DNA of 64,000 nucleotides, taken from a plasmid. Both the position numbers and the translations under genes were made by a program. The stretch's first letter is position 1. Every line of letters starts with the position of its first letter. The notes under the pieces are model-generated. The model did no database searches. It worked only from the letters and a program-made list of their open reading frames with translations, and had not been told where the DNA came from. Positions 48,174 to 59,029 of the stretch are shown one piece after another. Location: the sequence record CP063550.1; one strand, written 5' to 3'.

Positions 48174-49721
48174 TTAGTTACGAGAAAAATGTTGTTGTAC
48201 ATCCTTGTTCCAAGGCAACAGTTGATCTAAAGTTTCTGCTGAAAGTACGGGAAGATTTGGTATCTTATCAAATAGAAACTCTAGATACTTTACAGGATTC
48301 AATCCGTTAAGTTCTGCTGTTTTATATACACTCAGAATGATTCCTGAAGTTCGTGCTCCTTCAAGACTTGTGGAATGCAACCAATTTTTCCGTCCTATCA
48401 CCAGCTCTTTGATATTTCGCTCCGCACGATTATTTGTGAGTTCTAAACGACCATCTTCAAAAATAGGTTCAAAACCACTTCGTAGTTTACACGCATATTG
48501 AACGGCTGCATCCAACTTGGATTTTGCAACAGGATCTATCGTTGCCATCCACTCATAAAAAGCAATAAATAATGGACGCAGTTCTTGTTGCCGACAGCTT
48601 AATCGCTTCTCAGGAGAAAAGTCTTTCCATTTCTTTTCTAGGACAAACCATTTATCCAATTGTTTGACTGCTTGAGCTGCGGGAATATCCGTGTTTTTCT
48701 TTCCTTTTGGAATTGCTTCGAAAAATTTCCGCCGAACATGCGCGAAACAATAGACAAGTCGTACACTTTCCACGGCATTATACCCGCTATAGCCGTCACA
48801 GTGTAAATACCCTGTAAACTCCTTGAGAAAAGTTTTCGGAACATCTCCAGCACGACTTTCGTCGTGGTGATAATAAACGATGGGATGCTGACTGTCTTTT
48901 CCTGTACAAAACTGCCAGTAATAGGTATCTGTTTTGGCACTTTCAATCACACGATAACTTGTTTCATCCCCGTGTAGAATCTCTTCTTGATTAAGATAGA
49001 CTCTTAATCGTTCTCCTAAAGGGTCTAACGCGTTTTGCACTGCTTTAATATGCCAATTGGTGATATTATCTCTCGAAATATCCAACCCATGTGTTTGTTT
49101 CCAATAGTTCTCTTGCCGATAGGCAGGAACTTTCTGACCAAATTTCATCCGGATCGTTTCCGCCACTAAACTATTGGAACCTAAGCTATTAGAAATCAAA
49201 GGTTTAGGAACGATCGCTTTTTTAAAAGAAGAAAGTCCTTCTTTTTCGCAGCTTTTACAACAATAGGTATGTTGATAATGGGTGAGACAATCCAACATAG
49301 CCTGATGGAAACGAATTTCTTCTCGTACTTTTGTCCGTCCGATATCTTTCATCTGTGAACCGCAATGTTCACAAAATTGTTCTTCCAAAGGAAGGAGATG
49401 TTCTTTCTCTGTTATAGGTAAGTGTTTGATTTTGTCTGCTTTCGTTCCTACAACTCGTTGATGTCCTTTTACTGGAATAATGGTGGCAGCTGCTTCTGGA
49501 ACACTTACAGAAATTTCTTCATCACTAAAAAGATTCAATTGCCCATTCGTTTCCTCAAAGAGAGTCTCTTTAGAGCGTCCAAATAATTTGTTGGTTAAAT
49601 AATTGACCTTTTCATTCAATAGTTGGATTTCAGTTGTAAGATTCTGAATGGTTTGTTGTTGTGCTTGATTGGTTTTATGGGCTTCTTGAAGCAACTGAAG
49701 CAACGTATCTGTAGTTTCCAA
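48174..49721 (-). CDS. IS66-family transposase TnpC
   Basis: 515 aa with an N-terminal coiled coil and an IS66 DDE core. Confidence 0.85.
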   Translation of the reverse strand: METTDTLLQLLQEAHKTNQAQQQTIQNLTTEIQLLNEKVNYLTNKLFGRSKETLFEETNGQLNLFSDEEISVSVPEAAATIIPVKGHQRVVGTKADKIKHLPITEKEHLLPLEEQFCEHCGSQMKDIGRTKVREEIRFHQAMLDCLTHYQHTYCCKSCEKEGLSSFKKAIVPKPLISNSLGSNSLVAETIRMKFGQKVPAYRQENYWKQTHGLDISRDNITNWHIKAVQNALDPLGERLRVYLNQEEILHGDETSYRVIESAKTDTYYWQFCTGKDSQHPIVYYHHDESRAGDVPKTFLKEFTGYLHCDGYSGYNAVESVRLVYCFAHVRRKFFEAIPKGKKNTDIPAAQAVKQLDKWFVLEKKWKDFSPEKRLSCRQQELRPLFIAFYEWMATIDPVAKSKLDAAVQYACKLRSGFEPIFEDGRLELTNNRAERNIKELVIGRKNWLHSTSLEGARTSGIILSVYKTAELNGLNPVKYLEFLFDKIPNLPVLSAETLDQLLPWNKDVQQHFSRN

Positions 49722-49822
49722 AATTTTTCACCACCTTGAATCGAACTGATTTTGTTACAGAATACCACAAGAAACGCACAAGAAATAGGGGTTCAACACA
49801 TTTTTTGTGTTAACCCCCCAGC

Positions 49823-50176
49823 TTAAAAAACTCCTTTTTTTCCTGGCAAAATAGCTCGAGGTTGATCGATACTTAATCCTTCTAACAACCATCGAACCTG
49901 TTGGTTCGTTAAGGTTCGAACTTCGTCTTTCGTCCGAGGCCATTTTAACTTGCCGTTTTCTATCCGCTTATAACAGAGAAGAAAACCATCACCGTCCCAA
50001 TAGAGAAGTTTGAAACGGTCTTGACGGTTCCCGCAAAATAAAAAAACGGCATCTTCGTAAAGCTCGAGTTGATACTCTTGTTGAATAAGACTGGCAAGAC
50101 CATCAATTCCTTTTCGCAAATCTGTTTTTCCGCACACAATATAAATATGTTTGGTTTGAAGTAAATCATAAAGCAT
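49823..50176 (-). CDS. IS66-family TnpB (Orf2)
   Basis: 117 aa; the IIVCGKTDLRKGIDGLA motif is typical. Confidence 0.85.
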   Translation of the reverse strand: MLYDLLQTKHIYIVCGKTDLRKGIDGLASLIQQEYQLELYEDAVFLFCGNRQDRFKLLYWDGDGFLLCYKRIENGKLKWPRTKDEVRTLTNQQVRWLLEGLSIDQPRAILPGKKGVF

Positions 50177-50360
50177 TGGACAACAGTTCTTTCAAAATAG
50201 CTTGAAGAATATAATTGTTAATACCGTTATAGATCAAAACTTCAGAACCATTCTCTCTTTTGATGCGCATCGCTAACTTGGCAGCCGCGGGTTTACCTTT
50301 TTCTGGTGCACTCTTTTCGTTTCCTAATTGGACAGGAACAATCTCATTTAATTTATACAT
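50166..50360 (-). CDS. IS66-family TnpA (Orf1)
   Basis: Small helix-turn-helix protein. GGAGG ribosome-binding site before ATG 50360. Overlaps tnpB. Confidence 0.7.
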   Translation of the reverse strand: MYKLNEIVPVQLGNEKSAPEKGKPAAAKLAMRIKRENGSEVLIYNGINNYILQAILKELLSNAL

Positions 50361-50438
50361 AGAAGACCTCCAGACTTCTTGATAGCTCAAGTATATCTTG
50401 AGGTGCATTTGTTAGTAAGGTACTGTTCTATGGGGCGC

Positions 50439-51731
50439 TTACGTTAAAAATGTTTTGCTATGACGAATCATAATTCGTAGTTTGAAATTGTAAAAGTTGC
50501 GAAAGCCGTACGCATTGCGTTTTAATACTTTGATGTGGTTGTTTAAGCATTCCAATGGTCCGTTTGAATAGCTGTAGTGAAGCGCATTTTGGATCTGTGG
50601 CAGAAACTTTTTAAACGTTCGTAAAGTGGTTGTATAGGTTTCTGGCAGACCGCTAATGTCTCTAGTTAAACAATCCTCAAATAGTGACTGATCTCTTTTC
50701 TTTACCGCATAAAGAATGTCTTGGTATAACTGATAGCCTTGGCGTAAGTTGGGACAAGCAGCTAACAGTCGATCGGCAATCTCACTTTCAGTCAAATAAT
50801 CTTTAAAACTGGCACGCCAAACCCGTTTTTCATAGTTTAACTTTGCTTCTTCTTTTTGTAGGAGTTTCCAATAGCGCTTCAATTTTTTCCCTAACCCTCG
50901 TTGAGAGTGGGAATTTCCTTTAAGTCGTACCGTGGTTTCTTTCACTCGATGATTCAAGAAAGTTCTGCCAATATGTTGGACGATGTGGAAACGATCGATG
51001 ATCAACTGAGCATTCGGGAAAAGCTTTTTCACCAACGAAACATAAGGCGCATACATATCAATAACAATCAATTGAACGGCTTCACGAGTCGCTAATGAAA
51101 ACCGAGAAAAATAGCGTTCTAAATAAGGCAAGCGTCGATTTTCGACAATATCCAATAATGCATGGCTTTGTCCGTCCATCATGATAAAACTCATTGCACT
51201 GGCAACACTTCGAACCGATTTGAATTCATCAAAGCATAAGACCTTTGGCAAAGTCTGTTTGAAAGGATTCAATGGGCGGTAGAATCGCTTCATGACACGA
51301 TAGACCGAAGAAGTGGAAATATTTTTCTGACGAGCGATTTCCGTCATGGAAGTATTCTCTTTTAAGCGAGCAATGACAGACCAACGAACTTTTTGACTAA
51401 TGAAACAGTGTTTTTCAGCAACAGAGGTATCCGCTACGAATGTTCTTTGGCAAGACTTACATTTAAATCGTTGTTTCTTCAGCTCCAGATAAGTGCGATA
51501 CTCAGACACATCATTCAGTAACAACCGAACGGTTGTCGTCCCCCAACGAATGATCCTAGAGGGGACGACACAAAGACAATGGGAACACTCTTCTGGCTTG
51601 TACAGAAGAGTTCCTTTGTAAATCAAGCAAATTTGCCCTTTGTATTTTTCTTTAGTTAAACAATTTTCCTCGAAATAGATATTTAGGTCTAGAATATTTA
51701 GGGTATCTTTGATAAGCTGAGTATGAGACAT
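50439..51731 (-). CDS. ISL3-family transposase (element 2). Its stop codon is supplied by the abutting IS66 inverted repeat.
   Basis: 430 aa, ISL3-like (CSHCL…CKSCQ zinc finger). The TAA stop lies inside GTAAGCG of the IS66 end. Confidence 0.8.
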   Translation of the reverse strand: MSHTQLIKDTLNILDLNIYFEENCLTKEKYKGQICLIYKGTLLYKPEECSHCLCVVPSRIIRWGTTTVRLLLNDVSEYRTYLELKKQRFKCKSCQRTFVADTSVAEKHCFISQKVRWSVIARLKENTSMTEIARQKNISTSSVYRVMKRFYRPLNPFKQTLPKVLCFDEFKSVRSVASAMSFIMMDGQSHALLDIVENRRLPYLERYFSRFSLATREAVQLIVIDMYAPYVSLVKKLFPNAQLIIDRFHIVQHIGRTFLNHRVKETTVRLKGNSHSQRGLGKKLKRYWKLLQKEEAKLNYEKRVWRASFKDYLTESEIADRLLAACPNLRQGYQLYQDILYAVKKRDQSLFEDCLTRDISGLPETYTTTLRTFKKFLPQIQNALHYSYSNGPLECLNNHIKVLKRNAYGFRNFYNFKLRIMIRHSKTFLT

Positions 51732-52445
51732 CTTGAATCCTCCTATGAATTGGTAGCCAAATTAATTCTAAAGGATTTCAGGGTGTCTTTTCTATATTTT
51801 TTTTATACAAATAATTCACCAAAAAGGTGAGTAATGCCATTTTTGAAAATTGAGCTTGTTTTATGTCTACATCTGTATCCGTATATAATCCAAAGGATTA
51901 TAAACTCAGAAGAGTCTTTATTTTTTCTGAATATAACTACTGTATCAAAAACAATCGATTATGAGACAAAACAAAATGACCTCTTTTATTTAAGAAAGGA
52001 GGTCATTTTTTGTATCATAAATTGTATTAAAATCAATGTATCACTTTTTAATCAGTTTTAAGACCATAAATTGCGTACTAAAAGAAATTCTGCAATTCAA
52101 AATAAAGCATTTTAAGCCATTTTCAAATTTAAGTGCACCCATCTACCCGTCAAATCACTTTATTTTCCACTCCAGTAGTTTCCTAATTCAACTGTGTGCA
52201 AAAACGATTTCTTCTAAACAAATCAAGACAAACTTATAAACCTTCATCCCAGCACCATAATTATTTAAATCATAGGCATTTTTCGAAATTAGTATATGTA
52301 CTCAAGTTTCACTGCAGATTATTTATATTTTTTAGAGAAATAAATTTTTCCTATTGACAAACACAAAGAAAGCGGATACAATGCAATTATGTCACATGAC
52401 GTTATATGACGTTATGTGATATCTTTACATTTAATCAGTTACTTT

Positions 52446-53778
52446 GAGAGTGTAAAATATTTTGTGTAAATAGAAAAAAGGAAGTCCCTTCTGTAGAATA
52501 GAGTTACCACAACACATTCACAGAAAAGAGGACTTCCATATGAACGATTTTACTACAGAAATTCTAAAGACTCTAGCGAACAAAGGCGATTTGAATGAAT
52601 TATTCCGTGTCCATTTGGAAAAAGCTGTCAATACGCTTCTCAAAACGGAGTTAACGGCTTTCCTCGATTACGAAAAGTACGATCGCATTGGTTTTAACAC
52701 GGGTAATTCTCGTAACGGCTCCTATGACCGTACGGTCAAGACCGAGTACGGGGAACTTCATCTCCAGATTCCGCGCGACCGCAACGGCGAGTTCAAGCAA
52801 CAGACTGTTCCTGCTTATAGACGGACGAATGATACCTTAGAGGAGACCGTCATTCACTTCTTCCGAAAAGGTATTACCATGTCGGAAATCGCAGACTTGA
52901 TTGAGAAAATGTATGGGCATCACTACACGCCCCAAACCATGTCCAACATGACTAAAGTGCTGACTGAAGAAGTAAATGCATTTAAAGTTAGAACTCTAAA
53001 TGATAAGTATGTCGCTATTTTCATGGATGCTACTTATATTCCATTAAAACGGCAAACCGTCTCCAAAGAAGCAATCTATATTGCCATTGGTATACGAGAA
53101 GACGGCACTAAAGAAGTACTAAGTTATGCGATTGCTCCGACTGAATCGACCTACGTTTGGAATGAGTTGTTACAGGACATTTACTCCAGAGGGGTTCATG
53201 ATGTCTTACTGTTTATTACCGATGGCTTAAAAGGCATGAAAGATACGATTCACCAGATTTATCCTAAAGCTAAATACCAACATTGCTGTGTTCACGTTTC
53301 CCGTAATATTGCTCATAAAGTACGTGTCAAAGACCGAAAAGAAATCTGTGATGACTTTAAGGCTGTTTATCAAGCTAACTCAAAAGAAGAAGCGAATACC
53401 TTCTTATCCGGCATGATTGAGAAATGGAAGAAAAACTATCCTAAAGTGACGCAGTCACTCATAGAAAACCAAGACTTATTAACTTTTTATGATTTTCCAC
53501 CTAGCATTCGTAGAACCATTTACTCAACCAATCTAATCGAGTCTTTCAATAAGCAAATTAAAAGATACAGCCGTAGAAAAGAGCAGTTTCAAAATGAAGA
53601 ATCACTAGAACGCTTTCTAGTCAGCATTTTTGATACATACAATCAAAAATTTCTAAACAGAAGCCATAAAGGTTTTCAACAGGTAACCGATACATTAGTT
53701 TCAATGTTTACTGAGTAACTAATTATTTTGCAGGAGGACAATTTATTTACACAAAATTATTGACGCTCCCGTTACTTT
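52446..53778 (+). mobile_element. IS256-family element B. Its 5' ~500 bp is essentially identical to element A, its middle is divergent, and its 3' end is ~90% similar.
   Basis: The left end and upstream leader are identical to 30841. The right inverted repeat is degenerate. Confidence 0.75.
52540..53718 (+). CDS. IS256-family transposase
   Basis: 392 aa. The first 135 aa are identical to 30935, apart from one substitution. Confidence 0.85.
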   Translation: MNDFTTEILKTLANKGDLNELFRVHLEKAVNTLLKTELTAFLDYEKYDRIGFNTGNSRNGSYDRTVKTEYGELHLQIPRDRNGEFKQQTVPAYRRTNDTLEETVIHFFRKGITMSEIADLIEKMYGHHYTPQTMSNMTKVLTEEVNAFKVRTLNDKYVAIFMDATYIPLKRQTVSKEAIYIAIGIREDGTKEVLSYAIAPTESTYVWNELLQDIYSRGVHDVLLFITDGLKGMKDTIHQIYPKAKYQHCCVHVSRNIAHKVRVKDRKEICDDFKAVYQANSKEEANTFLSGMIEKWKKNYPKVTQSLIENQDLLTFYDFPPSIRRTIYSTNLIESFNKQIKRYSRRKEQFQNEESLERFLVSIFDTYNQKFLNRSHKGFQQVTDTLVSMFTE

Positions 53779-53826
53779 TATTTTGGATAAAATTAACATT
53801 TTTAAAATTTTAAGGAGGAAATGTTG

Positions 53827-54795
53827 ATGGATGTAGCAAAAACGGTTAACGCAATTGTAGAAAAAAATGATGGAGAGATTTCTGGAATTTATTTGGTGGC
53901 TTGTGGCGGTTCGCTGGTAGATATGTATGTCTCAGATTATTTTCTTAAAGCCGAAGCATCGAAGTGTATTACAGGCTTATATACAGCGAACGAATTTAAC
54001 CATGTAACCCCAAAGCAATTAGATGATAAATCTGTTGTCATTCTATGTTCTCATGGAGGAAATACAGCAGAAACGGTAAAAGCAGGAGAAGTCGCTCAAG
54101 CTAGAGGAGCTGTGACTGTTGGTCTGACTCATAATAAAACTGCGGATTTATTAAAGGTTTCTGATCATAGTTTCCTTTACGAATGGGGAGATGATGCAAA
54201 AATAGTCAATAATCCTATGGCCATCATTCTTGATTTAACTGTATCTTTGGTCAATGTTACCGAAACATTTGAACATTACGGTAAATTCAGAGAAGGCATG
54301 AAGGTTATCGATACCGTAATTGAAAATGGCATTAAGCAGGTGCAGGATCGTATTAAAGTGTTTGCTGATAAGTACAAAGATGAAACAATGTTTTATATCT
54401 TAGGTAGTGGACCATCATATGGACATGCTTATGGTTTTTCAATTTGCTCTTTGATGGAAATGCAATGGCTTGATTCAACTTCTGTTCATTCTGGAGAATT
54501 CTTCCATGGACCTTTTGAAGTAACAGACAAAGATACGAATTTTATTCTCTTGATGAGCATTGGACGCACTCGTGCTTTAGATGAACGGGCAAAACGATTC
54601 CTTGATAAATATGCAGAAAGAGTAGAAATCGTTGATGCAAAGGAACTAGGATTGGATATGATATCAGATGAAGTTTCTGAATTCTTCAATCCCATTTTAT
54701 TCTACAGTATTCTTTCAGAATATCGTTCAGCTTTAGCAGATGTACGCAATCATGATTTAGATGTTCGTCGCTATATGGGGAAAGTGGAGTACTAG
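53827..54795 (+). CDS. SIS-domain protein
   Basis: Paralogue of 40966. AAGGAGG ribosome-binding site. Confidence 0.75.
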   Translation: MDVAKTVNAIVEKNDGEISGIYLVACGGSLVDMYVSDYFLKAEASKCITGLYTANEFNHVTPKQLDDKSVVILCSHGGNTAETVKAGEVAQARGAVTVGLTHNKTADLLKVSDHSFLYEWGDDAKIVNNPMAIILDLTVSLVNVTETFEHYGKFREGMKVIDTVIENGIKQVQDRIKVFADKYKDETMFYILGSGPSYGHAYGFSICSLMEMQWLDSTSVHSGEFFHGPFEVTDKDTNFILLMSIGRTRALDERAKRFLDKYAERVEIVDAKELGLDMISDEVSEFFNPILFYSILSEYRSALADVRNHDLDVRRYMGKVEY

Positions 54796-54805
54796 GAGGA
54801 TTAAA

Positions 54806-55621
54806 ATGAAGGTATTAGGCTTAGGTGATAACGTCGTCGATAAATATGAAAATCTGGGAATTATGTATCCTGGAGGAAATTCATTGAATTTTGCAGTTTT
54901 TGCAAAAAAACTGGGACATGAAAGTAGCTTTATGGGAGTTTTTGGCTCAGATGAGGAGGCAGCTCATGTTTTATCAGCAATAAAAGAAATAGGACTGGAC
55001 AACAGTCACTCTCGCTTTGAAAAAGGCGAGAATGGCTGTGCCAGAGTGAAGATTGATGAGGGCGACCGGATTTTCCTTGGCAGCAATTCGGGAGGTGTTA
55101 CTCGTGAATACCCGATTCAGCTTACTGAAGAAGACAGAGAATATTTAAACCAGTTTGAATTGATTCATATGGGATTATATAGCCATGTCAATCATCTATT
55201 AGAAGAGTTACAAAATGTTTCTGGAAAGATTTCTTATGATTTTTCTGACGACTTTACGGAAGAAGAGGTTCAGCGGGCAATTGATAAAGTTGATTTTGGC
55301 TTCTTTTCTATAGAAGACTTTTCCGATGAAGAAGTAAAGCAGTTTTTGATGAAGCATTTTTGTGAGCGAAATGATGTATTGATTGCAACCCGAGGAGAAA
55401 AAACGGCTATTGGTTATGATGGAGCAAAGTTTTATGAAGTGAACCCCGTGCTAGAAGAACCAGTTGATACAATGGCAGCGGGAGATTCTTTCTTAACAGC
55501 TTTCCTACTTTATTTTCTCGAAGGGGACGATATAGTCACCGCGATGAAAAAGGGGAATGAATTTGCTGGGAAGTCTTGTCTGGTTGACGGTTCGTTCGGC
55601 TTTGGTATTCATTACGATTGA
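54806..55621 (+). CDS. PfkB-family sugar/ketosamine kinase
   Basis: N-terminal GG motif region (LGLGDNVVD) and C-terminal DTxGAGD (DTMAAGDSF). Confidence 0.75.
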   Translation: MKVLGLGDNVVDKYENLGIMYPGGNSLNFAVFAKKLGHESSFMGVFGSDEEAAHVLSAIKEIGLDNSHSRFEKGENGCARVKIDEGDRIFLGSNSGGVTREYPIQLTEEDREYLNQFELIHMGLYSHVNHLLEELQNVSGKISYDFSDDFTEEEVQRAIDKVDFGFFSIEDFSDEEVKQFLMKHFCERNDVLIATRGEKTAIGYDGAKFYEVNPVLEEPVDTMAAGDSFLTAFLLYFLEGDDIVTAMKKGNEFAGKSCLVDGSFGFGIHYD

Positions 55622-55688
55622 GCTTGTTTTAAATTCCTGCATTTGATAACCTAAAGAAAGAAATCCCGGTAAAGTGGAGGTTAAAAAA

Positions 55689-56399
55689 ATGCTGGATACA
55701 AATGCACAATTACCATTGTACTTACAATTAAAAGAAATATTAAAAAATAAAATCAATACAGGGGAGTATCCCGAGAATACGAAAATTCCCGCTGAATCAG
55801 AGCTGATAGAAAGTTATGAGGTCAGCCGAATCACAGTGAGAAAAGCAGTAGAAGAACTGGTAGAAGAAGGGTACCTACTTAAAAAACAAGGGAAAGGAAC
55901 TTTTGTCAACCGGCATAAAGTTTTTCGTAAAATTGAATATATTATGGGTTTCAGTGAGAGTTGTAAATCTAATGGTTTTACACCGACTAGCATTGTTTTG
56001 GAACGCAAGATCATTCCAGCAACTGAAGGGATGGCAAAAAAACTCGATATCGCTCAAGGTGATGATGTTTTATATATCCAGAGAAAGCGAATGGCGGATA
56101 ACATCCCCATTATGTTAGAAAACAATTATTTTTCTTATGAAAGATATAGTTTCTTAATGGAGGAAGAGCTGACTGATTCTTTGTATGAAGTACTTAAAGT
56201 CCAAGGTACCTTAGCCATCAATCCTGGGGAAACTGCACTTGAAATTGTCACAGCTGATGACCAAATTGCCAAAATAATGGAAGTAGCTGTTGGGACGCCC
56301 TTTTTCTTTATGGATACTTTAATCAACGATCAAAACAACATACCAATTCATGTAGGTAATCAATATTACCTGGGAGAAGTATATCGTTTTTACTTATGA
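55689..56399 (+). CDS. GntR/HutC-family transcriptional regulator
   Basis: ESELIESYEVSRITVRKAVEEL helix-turn-helix plus a UTRA-like C-domain. Confidence 0.75.
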   Translation: MLDTNAQLPLYLQLKEILKNKINTGEYPENTKIPAESELIESYEVSRITVRKAVEELVEEGYLLKKQGKGTFVNRHKVFRKIEYIMGFSESCKSNGFTPTSIVLERKIIPATEGMAKKLDIAQGDDVLYIQRKRMADNIPIMLENNYFSYERYSFLMEEELTDSLYEVLKVQGTLAINPGETALEIVTADDQIAKIMEVAVGTPFFFMDTLINDQNNIPIHVGNQYYLGEVYRFYL

Positions 56400-57563
56400 T
56401 TTCCTGTTTGGATTTCAAGGAGTAGATTTTATTTATGAAGCAAATATTGCGGTCAAAAATGATTTTTGATGGAGAGCAGCCACCTTTCAAAGGTTATATT
56501 GTAATCAATGAAGGGATCATTGAAAAGGTGGAAAACAACTGGAATTACAGTGATCTATTAAATGAAAACACGGAATTAATTGCTTATGATGATCAATTCG
56601 TTATGCCAGCAATTCATGATAATCATGTATTTTTCAGTGGTTATTTGGCTATGAATGCTGGCATAGATTTAAGCGATACATCTTCAGCTAACGAGGCTGT
56701 AGAGCGTATTAAAGCTGTAATGAACCATAAAAAAGCAGATGAACCAATTTATGCTCATGGCTGGGATGCTGCCCTGTGGAAAACTGACCCATCAGAAGAG
56801 CTATTGAATGAAATAAACCACTTTGGTCCAATCACAGCGATCGACAAAAATCGCAGCCATTGTTGGATGAATGCTATTGCTAAGCAGACTTATGGTTTTA
56901 CAGAAAAAGAAACCAGTGCTGAAAGTCGAGTATTATTAATTAAGGAAATGCTAGCAAACAAAAAGCTTTTAGCAGAGGTTTACGCTGAATTTGAAGCATT
57001 ACTGCTTTCAAAAGGTGTTATATCAATGAAAGAAATCGTTTTTGATGACGCAGAATTTCTTTCTAATATACCTCAGAGGAAAATACTTAGTAACCTATAT
57101 GTGCAGGCAGTCCAAGAACCTCTACAGCATGAACTTCTATATGAGTATAAGGAAAAAGTTTTCCCTGAAAAGGTCCGCTTTGGTGGAGTGAAGATCATGG
57201 TAGATGGTGTTGTTGCGGATAGAAGTGGAGATATTTACGGTGTTTATCAGTCAGGAGTAGCTTCACCCGAGATTGACTATGAGGCAATTAAAGCAGAAGT
57301 TGCTGCATTCAATGAAGTAGAGATTCCTTGCTGTTTGACAACGGAAGGAGATAAAGCGGGTTATAAAGCTGCGTCAATTCTTGTCGAATTTGGAAAGCGG
57401 TTACCTGAAGGCGTTTTTAATTCGATTAGTGATTTGGAAATGGTTACTCAAAAGACAGCAGAAAAAATGAACGAAGGACAAGTAGTAGCAGAGGTATATC
57501 CACAAATTCTCGGCTTGAATCAAACGTTAGAAGAGGCTTACATGTCAACTGTTATAAAAAATG

Positions 57564-59029
57564 AGTCAAGTCCACAATCTTGTGTAAAAGTTCAACCTCA
57601 TCAAAAGCACAATGTTTTGCGTTGTGAACCTAACTGCCATGCCTTTCTTTCTGAGGAGAGAGGTCAGGAGCAGTAGCGCAGCGACTCTTGATGTCTCTCC
57701 TCAGAAAGAAGAGACTCGCACAGGTTCATGGTGCTAAATGTTATTCGAATTAAATTCTAAATATTTTCGTGGAGAAGCCAGCCACTCAGTGTCTTTTTCC
57801 ATCAAAAGTGTTCCAATTATCCGAGTGATGGAATTGATATTTGGAAAAATCCGAATCACTCGTTCTCTCCGGCGAATCTCTTCGTTCAACCGTTCCAACA
57901 CATTGGTTGTACGAATCCTTCGGCGGATATTTTCAGGAAAAGACAAAATTTGAATAGCATCTTCAAAGCCGTTTTCTAAAATGTCGCAAGCAGCACTTAA
58001 TTTTGAATCACAACCATATTTTTCCAAGAAGTGCTCTTTTCTTTCACGTGTCAATTCAAGTTCAGAGGCTTTAAAGATACTCTTCAACTCGTCTTTTACA
58101 TCAGAAGAAACTTTCTTTGGCAGCTTATCAAAAATATTTCTCAAAAAGTGGGCTTGGCATCTTTGCCAGCTCGCACCTAAAAAGTTCTTGCGAACAGCCT
58201 TAACTAACCCTTTGTGTGCATCAGAAATGACCAGTTTTACACCGAACAAACCTCGTTGAACGAACGATTGAAAAACGGTATCCCAATTATCTTCCGATTC
58301 GCCGTCTTGAACATCAAAACCAAGAATCGTACGTCGTCCATCAGAATCAATGCCGATACCAATATATACACCTTTTGAGACAATACGATGATTTTCCCTT
58401 ACTTTCATATACAGGGCATCACACATGAAAAATGGATATTCCGAGCCTTCTAGGCTCCGGTTTCTCCACTCAAAAACAAATGGATCCAACTGTTTCATCA
58501 GATTTGAAACGAATGATTTAGAAACAGTCGCACCATCCGTTAGCAGTTCAACTGTTTTAGTTACTTTGCGAGTGGAGACACCAGAAATGACCATTTCAAT
58601 CATGGCAGCGATCAAAGCTTTTTCGCTTCGCTGATATCTTTCAAAGATAGTAGGACTAAACTTACCGTCTCTGGTTCGTGGAACATGAAGTTCTAACGTA
58701 CCAATTCGAGTTGTAAACGAACGATCGTAGTAACCATTTCTTTGTGATTGCCGTTCTTCTGAACGTTCATAGGCATTTGCCTGAATATATTGATTTCGTT
58801 GTTCTTCCATCAGCTGATTAAACATGATAGTCATAAGTGTTTTTGCGGTATCATTCGCACCGCTTTCGTTTATAATTGCTTGAATTTCTTCGCTTTCAAA
58901 AGTAAAATGTACTTGAGTCATTGATATCAGTCCTATTCGAGTATGTTTTCTGCAAAAAACATTGTACTCCTAACTGAGATCAATGGCTTTTTTGATGCTT
59001 CACTTTTACACAATTATATGGACGTAATC
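57564..59029 (-). mobile_element. IS256-family element with imperfect inverted repeats and an 8-bp target duplication AAAAAATG
   Basis: Right end GATTACGTCCATATAATTGTGTAAAAG (reverse complement of 59003-59029). Left end GAGTCAAGTCCACAATCTTGTGTAAAAG. Transposase 57734..58921. Confidence 0.8.
57734..58921 (-). CDS. IS256-family transposase
   Basis: 395 aa. The N-terminus MTQVHFTF…QRNGYYDRSFTTRIGTLEL is closely IS256-like. Confidence 0.85.
   Translation of the reverse strand: MTQVHFTFESEEIQAIINESGANDTAKTLMTIMFNQLMEEQRNQYIQANAYERSEERQSQRNGYYDRSFTTRIGTLELHVPRTRDGKFSPTIFERYQRSEKALIAAMIEMVISGVSTRKVTKTVELLTDGATVSKSFVSNLMKQLDPFVFEWRNRSLEGSEYPFFMCDALYMKVRENHRIVSKGVYIGIGIDSDGRRTILGFDVQDGESEDNWDTVFQSFVQRGLFGVKLVISDAHKGLVKAVRKNFLGASWQRCQAHFLRNIFDKLPKKVSSDVKDELKSIFKASELELTRERKEHFLEKYGCDSKLSAACDILENGFEDAIQILSFPENIRRRIRTTNVLERLNEEIRRRERVIRIFPNINSITRIIGTLLMEKDTEWLASPRKYLEFNSNNI

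Larger units (their letters stand above)
48098..50442 (-). mobile_element. IS66-family element (tnpA, tnpB and tnpC)
   Basis: 24-bp inverted repeats GTAAGCGCCCCATAGAACAGTACC at both ends. Three-gene IS66 organisation. Confidence 0.85.

Noticed and set aside
51834-52239. Two small plus-strand ORFs in the AT-rich spacer between the ISL3 and IS256-family elements
   Set aside because: Their translations are low-complexity and AT-rich, and they have no ribosome-binding site.
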